Source: an uncultured Planctomycetota bacterium (GTDB taxonomy: Bacteria; Planctomycetota; Planctomycetia; Isosphaerales; Isosphaeraceae). From it: 64,000 nucleotides of DNA. Location of the stretch: assembly GCA_963823665.1 (NCBI GenBank), contig CAWGMQ010000006.1, positions 1,248,001 to 1,312,000 of the forward strand, written 5' to 3'. Numbering within the stretch: position 1 is the first letter of the stretch; each line of letters opens with the position of its first letter. Under the pieces are notes generated by a model, which saw only the letters and a program-made list of their open reading frames with translations, searched no databases and had not been told where the DNA came from. Of the stretch, positions 42,701 through 52,510 are shown one piece after another. Both the position numbers and the translations under genes were made by a program.

Positions 42701-44248
42701 GTGAATGAAGCGACAGAAGGAACGAGCGAGTCTGGCGCAGGGCGCGGTCTCAATCCGCGGTGGGAGTGGCCTGCGGATGAAATCAGGCGCGTTGGGTATC
42801 GCGTGGTGGACATGATTGCGGAGCATCTGTCGGCGTTGCCCGCGGAGCCCGTCTTTCGACCGGTGCCAGCGGAGCTTGCGGCTCAGTGGCTGGGTTCGGA
42901 GCCGCCGGAATCGGGTGCGGAAGTGGACGACGTGCTGGACGCGTTTGCCCGCGACATCGAGCCGTTTCCGTTCGGGAACGGGCATCCACGTTTTTATGGG
43001 TGGGTGAACTCGCCGCCGGTGGTCCTGAGTGTTTTCGCCGAGGCTCTTGCGGCGGCGATGAACCCGAGCTGCGCGGGGGGGAATCACGCCGCTGTATATG
43101 TAGAACGCGCGGTGGTGAACTGGTTCAAGCAGATCGTGGGATTTCCGCCACAGAGCATGGGGCTGCTCGTGAGTGGCGGATCGATGGCTGCGCTCACGGC
43201 GCTGGCGGTCGCGCGGCAGGTGAAATGCGGATTTGATGTGAGGGCGCGAGGCGTACAAGGAGCTCCGGCCAAGATGACTTTTTACCGGAGCGGCGAGGGG
43301 CATGGGTGCCATCAGAAGGCGATTGAGCTGCTCGGGATCGGGCACGAGAACTTTCGTATCGTGGAGCATGATCGCGCGCTGCGCATGAAGCCCGCGGCGC
43401 TTGGGGCTGGGATTGCCGCTGATCGGCAGCAGGGTAATGTTCCCGTTGCCGTAATCGCCAGTGCGGGCGCCGTGAATACCGGGGCGATCGATCCTCTGGA
43501 AGCCATTGCGGATGTGTGCGCGGAGAACAACGTGTGGCTGCATGTCGACGGGGCCTATGGGGCACCGGCCGTGCTGTCGCAGTCGTATGGCGCTCAGCTT
43601 GGGTCGCTTTCACGGGCGGACAGTCTGGCGCTCGATCCGCACAAGTGGTTGTATGTGCCGGTGGAGGCGGGGTTGGTGCTGGTGCGGGATGCGGAGGCGA
43701 TGCGCAGCACGTTCAGCCTGGTTCCTCCTTATCTCAGGACGGACGGGAAACTCGAAGGCGTGGGGGGACTGCCGTGGTTCAGCGAATTTGGGTTTCAGCA
43801 GACTCGCGGGTTTCGTGCGCTCAAGGTGTGGATGGCGTTACGCTATCATGGGCTGGCGGGATATCGCGCTTCGATTGAGCGGGACATCTCGTACGCACAG
43901 AAGCTGGCGGGGCGGCTGCGGGAATCGGGTGAGTTCGAGGTTTTTGAGCCGCAGAGTCTCTCGATCGTGTGTTTCCGGTTTGCTCCGCGTGAGCTTCGCC
44001 AGGAGGCTGAGATCGATCAGATGAACAAAGCGGTGCTGGAAGAAATTCAGCTTGGCGGGCAGATATTTCTCTCGAGCACAATGATTGATGGGAGGTTCTG
44101 GCTGCGAGCGTGTATCATCAACCATCGGGCTCAGCTCGAAGACCTGGAGACGCTCGTTGATGTTGTGACGTGCAGCGGGCGGGCGGCTCGAAGGCGAATG
44201 GGTGAAGCCGCGGGTGGGAGTGGCGCTGGCGGGAAAATGAAGAGCTGA
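42701..44248 (+). CDS. Group II PLP-dependent amino-acid decarboxylase
   Basis: HPRFYG, SGGSMA, AGAVNTGAID, WLHVDGAYG, LDPHKWL. Confidence 0.92.
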   Translation: MNEATEGTSESGAGRGLNPRWEWPADEIRRVGYRVVDMIAEHLSALPAEPVFRPVPAELAAQWLGSEPPESGAEVDDVLDAFARDIEPFPFGNGHPRFYGWVNSPPVVLSVFAEALAAAMNPSCAGGNHAAVYVERAVVNWFKQIVGFPPQSMGLLVSGGSMAALTALAVARQVKCGFDVRARGVQGAPAKMTFYRSGEGHGCHQKAIELLGIGHENFRIVEHDRALRMKPAALGAGIAADRQQGNVPVAVIASAGAVNTGAIDPLEAIADVCAENNVWLHVDGAYGAPAVLSQSYGAQLGSLSRADSLALDPHKWLYVPVEAGLVLVRDAEAMRSTFSLVPPYLRTDGKLEGVGGLPWFSEFGFQQTRGFRALKVWMALRYHGLAGYRASIERDISYAQKLAGRLRESGEFEVFEPQSLSIVCFRFAPRELRQEAEIDQMNKAVLEEIQLGGQIFLSSTMIDGRFWLRACIINHRAQLEDLETLVDVVTCSGRAARRRMGEAAGGSGAGGKMKS

Positions 44249-44302
44249 ACAAGATTCGGAGCGGAGAGTTTAGCCACGGATCAGACACGGATCGAACACG
44301 GA
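44205..44302. repeat. Composite repeat copy A (purine-rich leader + CCACGGAT trimer)
   Basis: GGAGAGTTTAGCCACGGATCAGACACGGATCGAACACGGA; homologous to sequences near 45490 and 49612. Confidence 0.85.
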
Positions 44303-45405
44303 GGGTCATTCCTCCACGCCCGGCCCATGGCGTCTGCTGCCATGATGGCGTCGGCCACCATGTCCGGCTCGACTTCGAATGGTTCATTGTGGATGGTTTC
44401 GCCAGGGGCTGTCGCACGGACCGCGATTTTTTGCAGGTCGTGTTTTGGCAGATCCGTCAAGCCGATCTCGGCCAATGTGATGGGCAGGCCGACCTCGGTT
44501 GCAAAGGTCAATACGCGATGCAGCACCGGGCGAGGTTGTCCTTCCAGTACGAGCTGGGCCAGTAGACCAAACGCAACCTTTTCCCCATGCAGGTAAGGAT
44601 GGGTGCCCTTGGCCGTGGTCAATCCGTTGTGAACGGCGTGGGCTGCCGCAAGGCCGGAAGACTCGAACCCGAGGCCTGACAGCAGTGTGTTCGCTTCGAC
44701 GAGTCGTTCGAGCGCTGGGGTGACGACCTGGGTTTGAACGGAGCGCAGGGCATCGGGCCCATCAGCCATCAGCGTGCGGTAACAGAGTTTCGCCAGTGCC
44801 AACGCGCTCTGGGTAGATAAGCCTCCTCGCATGTTCTTGACATGGCCTTGGGCGCACGTCTTGGCCTCGAACCACGTTGCCAGCGCATCACCCATTCCCG
44901 CCACGAGCAGCCGAGGCGGCCCGAGCGCGATGACCTGTGTATCGACCAGTACCAAGTCGGGGTTCTTGCGATAGAAGCGGGAACCTTCGACGACACCATC
45001 GTCTGAGTAGATCACCGATAGTGCGCTGCACGGGGCGTCGCTCGAGGCCACCGTCGGGCAGTTCACGACGGGCAGATTCAGATCGGATGCTGCTGCACGA
45101 GCGGCATCGAGTACCTTTCCACCGCCGGCTCCTACAACAACCTGGGACTTGTGTTCTCTGGCGGCCTGCTTGATTCGCTCGATTTCAGCCAAGGAACATT
45201 CACCGCCGAACTCATGGACTGAATAGGCGATTGCAGCTTCCGCGAAGGTGTGCTTCCAGGTTCCGGTCAGCAGTCGGATGGGCGAGCGACTCGCAACAAT
45301 CAGCGCGGGTCCGCTCAATCCCAGGCCGGCGATCTCCGCTCCAAGGACGGCGGTGGCGTTCTTTCCTTGCGTGTAGCGGCTGGGCGAGCAGAAGACGGAA
45401 AGCAT
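44281..45405 (-). CDS. gldA: Glycerol dehydrogenase
   Basis: SPSRYTQG, GAGGGKVLD, PTVASSDAPCSALSVIY, AGMGDALATWFEA, AAAHAVHNGLT, HGEKVAFG. Confidence 0.92.
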   Translation of the reverse strand: MLSVFCSPSRYTQGKNATAVLGAEIAGLGLSGPALIVASRSPIRLLTGTWKHTFAEAAIAYSVHEFGGECSLAEIERIKQAAREHKSQVVVGAGGGKVLDAARAAASDLNLPVVNCPTVASSDAPCSALSVIYSDDGVVEGSRFYRKNPDLVLVDTQVIALGPPRLLVAGMGDALATWFEAKTCAQGHVKNMRGGLSTQSALALAKLCYRTLMADGPDALRSVQTQVVTPALERLVEANTLLSGLGFESSGLAAAHAVHNGLTTAKGTHPYLHGEKVAFGLLAQLVLEGQPRPVLHRVLTFATEVGLPITLAEIGLTDLPKHDLQKIAVRATAPGETIHNEPFEVEPDMVADAIMAADAMGRAWRNDPPCSIRV

Positions 45406-45489
45406 GGTGCGGGTCCTTTTGCGATTGGGGTTGCCTGGTAGCCTCCCGAAGTTCTCATGGAAGAATTGTATCCCAACGGCGGGCGACTC

Positions 45490-45907
45490 TGTGGAAGAGA
45501 GCCGCGCCGGCAGAAAAATGAAGAAATAAACGAGACGAGGATCGGAGAGTTTAGCCACGGATCAAACACGGATCGAACACGGATAATACAAGAATACGTC
45601 AGGGAGTGCGGGGGTCTGGGTCGGCTGCCCCGCCCTGGACTGGATTGGAGGCTTGTCATGCGCGATGCGCGTGAAGATTTAAACAGAAGGTAACGAAGGT
45701 AACAAATAAGAAGATGGGAGCCTGAATGGCGGATCCGGCTGTGCTCCAGGGGACCAAAAAAGGCCCGGACGCAAGATTTGATGTATCGCCGGGACTTTGG
45801 GGGCGAAGAAACGGCCCGGCGCGTGCACCCGCTCGGTCAGGAACAGGCCGAGAATAACTCTTTCGAAAAGTGGGCCCTCGCTCCGCGAGGGAACGTGCCT
45901 TCGCGGA
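45490..45907. repeat. Composite repeat copy B (CCACGGAT trimer - AACAGAAG trimer - linker - double GGA/TCC hairpin); continues at 47560-47587 after the IS
   Basis: Colinear similarity to 49612-49829 and 61995-62252. Confidence 0.8.
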
Positions 45908-47559
45908 GAGGCTGTCATCTTTTGGCCGCGTTGCGGTAACTCGGCCGTTGGGCCTAGTCGGCTGTGATTCACCGCTTGGTCGCTCGGTTAGTGCCGCCGA
46001 TTCACGCCAGTTCTCCAATAGCCCAGCCGTTGACGCAAACGCGCTTTCCTATTTTGTCCCTTTTTTGCAAAGTACCGCTCATTCCGCCAGTTTGCCCATC
46101 GCTGGGCGCAGTCTCCCTGCGACAACCAGGTTGTGAGCAATTGCAAACAACAATGCGACGGCGCGGCAACGCGGTTGGCCACGCACGGGCATAAACCAGA
46201 ATCCTCGATTGCGAGCCTGGGCGTTGACCCACTCGGCTGTTTGGCCTCGCAGCCGGTAGATCAGCTTCGCGGCCTCGGTCCCCATTCGGATCCGCCAAGC
46301 GGCAACCGCTTCGCTGTCGCCCTTCTTTGCGGTGTAGGGATCTTCTCCATTTGCCTGTTTCTTTTTCTCGTCTCTGATCGGCCCGTATACGATGCAGCCG
46401 CGTTGGGCCGCCTGATCGATCGAGTCCTTGGTCGTGAAGCCACCGTCAACCAATGCCTCATCCGGAATTCGTTCGTAACGCTCCTCCAACTGGTCGAGCA
46501 TGGGCGGAAGTTCTTCGCCATCGTTCCCTGCGTTGGTCACCTCCACACCCACAATCACACCGCTTTCGGTGTCTGTTGTGAATTGAACGTTATATCCCGG
46601 CCGGAATCCTCCGTCTGGAAACTTCATGATCCTCGCGTCGGGGTCGGTGGTCGAAGCACGCGCTTCCCGCCCCTTGCGGCCGTAGGACTCGTCACGTTCG
46701 CGTTGCAGCTCCTCGCACTGCCGCATCGCTTCTTCGATCCGTTGCTGTCGCTTGTTGGCGGCACGCTCCCGCGCCGCTCGCTGCCGTCGAGTCAGCTCTG
46801 CTGTGTCCTCCTCGGCCAGTTTCTTCAGCGCCTCAACCTGCTCCTTCGCCGCTTTCAGGCACTCCTCCAGGCTACCGCGACGACGAAACGAGCTCTTGCC
46901 CGCGCTGGCACGCACTCTCATTCCGTCCTGAGCGACCCGGTCCATTTTCACCAACCCGGCATGGAGCAGGGTGCCCACGATCTGCGTGAGCAGTTCGTTC
47001 AACTTCTCGCCCCCACAAGCGAGGAAGTGGGACAACATGCTGTGGTTGACGGTTACGCCGCCGCACAGCCACTGGTACGGCAGACTCCCTTGGTTCTTTT
47101 CGCACAGCCGTTCGATTTCACGGGCGCTGCCGACTCCCTTCAATGTGGCGAAAACCCGCAATCCGACCAGCAAGCGCGGGTCGGTGGCATCTCGGCCGAC
47201 ATGTCGCTCGACGGCCTTGATCTCGCCGAGCCAGGCTTTCAGATCGAGCTTGCAGACCGCCGCCCAGACGACCCGGGCCGGATGGTCGGCCTCGAGCAAT
47301 TCATCGAGCGATGCCCAGCGCATCTCGATCTGGTCGCGTACGGGACACCGCAGCCGCGGCTTGCCAGTTGGCATCGACTGGGCAGCCTGGGCGGGAGAGG
47401 GCTGATCGGGCAAGTCTTCTGGGCTAAAGAGAGGAAGTGTCATGACGCTCGTCCTGCAACACCGGGGCTGCGTGGGGCTCATGCGGCGGACTACATGCAT
47501 GGTATTAGAACGTGAACACTATACAAAATCAACCCCAACGCCGAAAAAATCACAGCCTC
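45908..47559 (-). mobile_element. IS1182-family insertion sequence, copy 2 (transposase 46079-47443)
   Basis: Same length, IRs and translated protein as copy 1; GGA duplication. Confidence 0.92.
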
Positions 47560-47653
47560 GGAGCGAAGGCCGACAATTGTCTTCGGCGGGCGACTCTAGG
47601 TTCCTGGTATGATCTGAGTCGACAAGCGTCTCCAACGTGGGAGAGTGGCGTCC

Positions 47654-48448
47654 ATGCCGGCTAGCCCCGTCGCACGTCCGTGGCGAAGATTCCTGCGATT
47701 CAGCATGCGGGGGTTGATCATCCTGGTGCTGATGATCGGTGCTTGGCTTGGCTGGCTCGTCCGAAGCGTTCGTATCCAGCGTGAGGCAGTTGCGGCGATC
47801 GCGAGAGCCGGTGGGGTCAAATATGACTGGGGATGGACATCCGCGGATTATGATCCAGGAGTAAAACCGTTGAAGCGAGGAAACCTCGCCGATCGCATTG
47901 GAGTCGACTATTTCGCTCACGTTACCGATGTCAGACTCTTCTGGTCGTCACAGGCAATCAATGAAGCGGTTGTGCAACTCGGGCGTCTTAACCGGGTCGA
48001 GCGAGTGATTATTCATCAGTTTCCCGTGACCGACGCCTGGGTGGCTCAGCTCAAGGGATTGACCAGCGTCTCGGAACTCGCCCTCGACGCCGTTCAATGC
48101 ACCGACGCCGGGCTGGCGCAACTGAGTGGGGTGACCAACCTATCGAAACTTGATCTCACTGGTACTGAGGTCACCGACGCCGGGCTGGCGGAACTGCAAC
48201 GGCTGACCAAACTCTCGGAACTTGTCCTGATGGGCACTCGGGTCACGGACGCTGGGCTGGTGCATCTGAAGGGTCTGAGGAACCTCACGAAACTCGACGT
48301 CAGCGCCACTCGGGTTTCCGACGCCGGGCTGAGGCAACTTCATGGGCTCACCAACCTTTCGGAACTCACCCTGTACAGCACTCTGGTCACCCGCAGGGGG
48401 GTGAAAGAGATCAAGCGGGCTTTGCCGAGCCTCACGATCAATTACTGA
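47654..48448 (+). CDS. Planctomycete-type leucine-rich-repeat protein
   Basis: LRFSMRGLIILVL N-terminus; 24-aa VTDAGL..LKGL..L..L.L repeats. Confidence 0.9.
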   Translation: MPASPVARPWRRFLRFSMRGLIILVLMIGAWLGWLVRSVRIQREAVAAIARAGGVKYDWGWTSADYDPGVKPLKRGNLADRIGVDYFAHVTDVRLFWSSQAINEAVVQLGRLNRVERVIIHQFPVTDAWVAQLKGLTSVSELALDAVQCTDAGLAQLSGVTNLSKLDLTGTEVTDAGLAELQRLTKLSELVLMGTRVTDAGLVHLKGLRNLTKLDVSATRVSDAGLRQLHGLTNLSELTLYSTLVTRRGVKEIKRALPSLTINY

Positions 48449-48655
48449 TTCTGTTGCCTGTGCGATCGACCGCAACTCGACAGAGCGGCATTCTGAATGA
48501 TGTGAAGCAGAGGACGATCGGACGACAGTGTCGTGGGTGGTTTCTCCGATCCGTGTTTACGGATGACCTCTACATTGCTAGGATTCCCGACAAATCCCTC
48601 GGTGAGCCCGATCCTTCGGGCCGGCAAAACGGAGTGTTGGTACGGAGGAATTTGC

Positions 48656-49138
48656 ATGTCCAGAAGAACACGTGCATTTGGAGCCGTGATCATCCTGTCC
48701 TACGTCTCGCCCGTCCATCTCGCTGCTCATGATAAAGTCGGGACGGATGGACTCATCTCCAGAGTCGGCACGTATCGACTCTATCATGGGGAACTGGCGC
48801 TGAGGATCTACGAGGACAAGGGCAAGCTGAACTACGAGATCGGCAGAACCAACATGTTCTGGTGCGGGCCTGCGGAGCCCTTCATCGAAAAAGGAGCTGG
48901 GTGGTTCGCATTGGTAGAGTCACCCAAGGCGAGAGCGCCCAGAGCGATCTGGATCTTCGACGGGCGTGATCGTCTCGTCCAGATCGCATACGACCCCATC
49001 GGGAGTCGAGACGATTACTGGGGGGCGATTGAGTATGACTCGGATTCCCGTCCCTCGATTGTCACCAACGCTCCCAAGGCGGTTCGGGACCGGCTGCCGG
49101 AGTCGTTCAAGAAGAAGTTCAAGGGGAAGTCCCAGTAG
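48656..49138 (+). CDS. Secreted hypothetical protein
   Basis: GGAGG RBS; signal-like N-terminus. Confidence 0.6.
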   Translation: MSRRTRAFGAVIILSYVSPVHLAAHDKVGTDGLISRVGTYRLYHGELALRIYEDKGKLNYEIGRTNMFWCGPAEPFIEKGAGWFALVESPKARAPRAIWIFDGRDRLVQIAYDPIGSRDDYWGAIEYDSDSRPSIVTNAPKAVRDRLPESFKKKFKGKSQ

Positions 49139-49210
49139 GTAAACGAAGCTCCCTCCTGGCTTCCGATGCGGCCAGGGCGCGACACCTCAATGAGAATCGA
49201 GACTTCGCGC

Positions 49211-49477
49211 ATGCCCATTTACGGCTACAAGCGGGCGGTTGCAAACGAGGAATTCGGCTTGCTCGACCTGCGTGAGATCAGCTTCGACCTCCAGGCTGAC
49301 GATCTCCGACGCGTCTCCCGTTTCCTCGAAAGCTGCGCCGCAGAGATTGAATCGGGGCGCTGGCGGAGTAGCCACGTCCATCTGAGTTCGCTTGATCCGT
49401 CGTGGAGAGGCGGCCACCCGGACACGGACGTGATTGTGCTGAACCCCGATCCTGAACCTCCTGTCCCCTGCGAATAA
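49211..49477 (+). CDS. Small protein resembling Imm32-type polymorphic-toxin immunity proteins
   Basis: IYGY...L.EISF....DLRRV.RFL..CA.EIE....H.HL pattern, recognised by eye. Confidence 0.5.
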   Translation: MPIYGYKRAVANEEFGLLDLREISFDLQADDLRRVSRFLESCAAEIESGRWRSSHVHLSSLDPSWRGGHPDTDVIVLNPDPEPPVPCE

Positions 49478-49611
49478 GATGATGCGGAATGCCACGGGCA
49501 ACGACACGTGCGCAACTGGCTGTTGCCGAGAAATATCGAGCACTCTACCGGCGGTCATGGATTGGCGTAGGGAGCGCCAGAACCTTCGGACCGCGGCGGT
49601 CGGGAATTGGG

Positions 49612-49829
49612 GCCGCGGATGGGAGCCACGGCGGCGGGAAAAAGAAGAATTGGAGTAGAACAGGAGCGGAGATTTTAGCCACGGATCAAACACGGATCGA
49701 ACACGGATAATACAAGAATGCTTCAAGGAGTGAGTGGGTTTGGGTCAGATGCCCTGCTCTGGACTGGGGGCTTGTCATGCCAGGTGCTCCACAAGATTTG
49801 AACAGAAGAAAACGAAGATAACGAAGTAG
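49612..49829. repeat. Composite repeat copy C; resumes at 51726-51761 after the inserted element
   Basis: TTAGCCACGGATCAAACACGGATCGAACACGGATAATACAAGAAT...TTGAACAGAAGAAAACGAAGATAACGAAGTAG. Confidence 0.85.
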
Positions 49830-51725
49830 AGTCTTCGTCCGTAAGATCTCTGCGCCGTGCGCGTCTTTTCAATGGATTATGCTGCTCTGCCAACGGCCTT
49901 TGGTATTCCATGATAGTAAAGTTGAACCGCCGCTCCCAACAGTTGGTGGCCTTTCGCGGTAACGAGCCAGCGACGGCTGCGCGGCACCTTTGCGATTAAT
50001 CCTCGTACGTGTAATCGCTTCAACATGCGACCGACCGCGTGGCTTTGACGACGCTGTTCGCCGACGTCTTTGTTGGGTACGTAGAACGCATCCCTGACAT
50101 CCGCGTTGCGAAAACCGCGGAGCACATGGTCCCCATCGAGTACCGCTTGGAAGAACCGCACGTCGGCGGAGGTGGCGGGGTTGAACCCAGCATGACTGCG
50201 GCCAAAGACAATCGCCGGCTCGGTCAATTCCTTAAGCTGGCTGTACGCCGGCGCCGGATCTTCGACCGTGGACAGAGCATCCAGGTATCGCTGATTGGCA
50301 ACCAGTGACACCTCACGGTAACGATAAAGGTTGATGACACCTTTGTTCATCGGGCACCACACCATCCGCGGACGCCCTGCACGCGTCCGTAACCGGCGCA
50401 CCCGAAATTCACGCGGATCGTTGATCACGGTCTCGATCCGCAGCATCAAGCCGAACTTATCGTACATCTTGAGCCAGTTGTTCTTCATCCGGTGTTTGAC
50501 GCGGGCACCGGGCCATCGTCCTTTCTGGCAACTCGTGAGCACCTCCCCATCGAACAGGGGATGGAATCGACGTCCCAGGAAACTCAGGATGTCTTTCGCT
50601 GAGAAGTTCACCGCGGCATGATCCAGTAGCCGCGGATAGAGACCAGCCAGCGCCGCGCGGCTGGTGAAGATAACATCGGTCGCGAACTCGGCTTGATCGA
50701 TGACCCAGTAATAACTGAGGCAGCGAAACCACCCTTCTTTTACCAATGGATTGACCCGCCGCGCTAGACGATCGAGGATCTTGACCCATTCGAGCTTGGT
50801 GAACGAGTCAGCCATCCTTTGAGCAACTCGGGGATTGTCCAAAGCGGTGAATGCGTTGTCTTGCTGTTCAAATCCCATCCGTCGCTTGGACATCTGGCGG
50901 GCCAACCACGAGTGGCCGTTGACATAAATCTGGATGGTAAACGGGAACCAGGTCGCCAGACGAATATGAATCAGATCTAACTGGGGATCGAGGAAGTAGA
51001 AGTACAAGACGCGCTGTTGTCGACGTGCGTTGACCAGGCTGGGTCGACCTTTGCCGTACTTGAGTTTGAAACTTGGACAGCACTCCATGCAGCAGAGGAT
51101 ACATATCAAACCTTCGCCAATAGGTCGTTTTCGGAGGAATTCGTGGGCGATGGCTTCCTTGCGATGAGCCCCTTGAAGGAACTGGTATTCGGCGCCGTAT
51201 CGCTGGGCAAGTCGCTTGGCGTGGCCGATCAAGATCTCGGACTGTTTCTCGGCAAAGGCCATGAAGTCACACCGGCGGATCTTAAGAATACGGTCGACGA
51301 AGGCTTCGAGCGCTGGTCCATTGCTGATGGGCAGATAGCCCTTATAGATCACCCGGTCGAAGCACGCGAGCACGGCGACGACTAGCTTGGTAAACTTGAC
51401 GACGAAGCGCGACAGCGTCTTCATGGCGTTCTCCTCCGAAGTGGCTGTTCTTGACAAACCCATTTTGGAGGCAGAACGCCGTTCTTGCCCAAGCTTTTTC
51501 AAGCGGATCGCGAAAAAGGGCAGCGCGAGGTTCTCAGAATCTGCGGAACTCTTCTCTGCCGGCAACAGAGAGAGGCTAGCAGGGGTCCAGGGGGCGGCAA
51601 TGAGCCCCTGGTCGCCGCATGGATGCGGCGAAATCTTGCAAGGATGCTTACCAACAGCGAGAGATATCCGCTACCGACATGTTCGAATGAAAGAGTCCTT
51701 CTGGTTTGCGGCTCCGCCGCGTTAG
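49827..51725 (-). mobile_element. Candidate IR-less single-gene mobile element encoding a Rep_trans-like protein
   Basis: Joined flanks align without gaps to the uninterrupted repeat at 62033-62100; TAG at both junctions; terminal hairpin; no terminal IRs. Confidence 0.8.
49877..51424 (-). CDS. 515-aa putative Rep_trans-like nuclease/transposase with C-terminal winged helix
   Basis: GGAGGAG RBS before ATG 51424; QAEFATDVIF, LKMYDK and LRIETVIND motifs; RMLKRLHVRGLIAKVPRSRRWLVTAKG wHTH. Confidence 0.7.
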   Translation of the reverse strand: MKTLSRFVVKFTKLVVAVLACFDRVIYKGYLPISNGPALEAFVDRILKIRRCDFMAFAEKQSEILIGHAKRLAQRYGAEYQFLQGAHRKEAIAHEFLRKRPIGEGLICILCCMECCPSFKLKYGKGRPSLVNARRQQRVLYFYFLDPQLDLIHIRLATWFPFTIQIYVNGHSWLARQMSKRRMGFEQQDNAFTALDNPRVAQRMADSFTKLEWVKILDRLARRVNPLVKEGWFRCLSYYWVIDQAEFATDVIFTSRAALAGLYPRLLDHAAVNFSAKDILSFLGRRFHPLFDGEVLTSCQKGRWPGARVKHRMKNNWLKMYDKFGLMLRIETVINDPREFRVRRLRTRAGRPRMVWCPMNKGVINLYRYREVSLVANQRYLDALSTVEDPAPAYSQLKELTEPAIVFGRSHAGFNPATSADVRFFQAVLDGDHVLRGFRNADVRDAFYVPNKDVGEQRRQSHAVGRMLKRLHVRGLIAKVPRSRRWLVTAKGHQLLGAAVQLYYHGIPKAVGRAA

Positions 51726-51800
51726 GAGATAAGAGTCTGAACGGCCGATTGGGCTGCGCTCTGCGCTGGCGCGACTTGCCTGCTCTGCGAACACGGGCCA

Positions 51801-52078
51801 GTGCATCTCAGCCGACTGACCACGCTCTCTACACTCGAACTCGGTGATACTCAGGTCAGCGATGCCGGGCTGGCGCATTTGAGAGGGTTAACCAACTTGA
51901 TCTGCCTCATCCTCGACAGCACGCACGTCAGCGATACCGGGCTCGCAAATCTGAAGGGGATGACCGAACTTGTTGTCCTTTACTACTCAGGTCACCGATG
52001 CTGGATTGGTGCATCTGAAGGGTCTGACCAAACTCTCTAGCCTTTATCTCAGCAACACTCAGGTCACCAACGCCGGAA
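51801..52078 (+). pseudogene. LRR gene fragment
   Basis: QVSDAGLAHLRGLTNL repeats with no signal/start region, a frameshift near 51980 and an abrupt end. Confidence 0.75.
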
Positions 52079-52510
52079 TGGTGGCGAAAGGGGATCGTGG
52101 GCTGCCGACATTCCTAGGGTGTCGGCTTCTCTGATGGAGCAAGACGATGAATAGTGCGGCGCCCAAGAGCCCCCAGGACGTCGCCAGCAGCATGACCCAG
52201 AGACGCCCTGAAAAACCGTGGACTAACAGTGATTGGTTCGTGACGCCTTTTCCAGGTTCGCGAAGGGCGCTACCAGGCGGGAGCGTGGGAACGAGGCGGT
52301 CGCTCCGGCGCTGTGACCTGGTCGGTTCCGGGGTCCATGTCACAAGAGGATGCGGAATGGACATCTTTCTGAAAGAGAGTCGTTGTTGTTCGGCTTGCGA
52401 GAGGACCAGATACCGGATGGCGCCCGGGGCGTTTTGTATCATTATGATCTGATAAAAGCTGGAGGATCGGGGATTCGCCGAAGTGTCCTTTACCGATGAA
52501 TGGGAAAGCG

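Noticed and set aside
49877..51565. 562-aa version of the ORF / MarR regulator call
   Set aside because: A strong GGAGGAG RBS supports ATG 51424, and the wHTH is only the last ~70 aa of a much larger protein.
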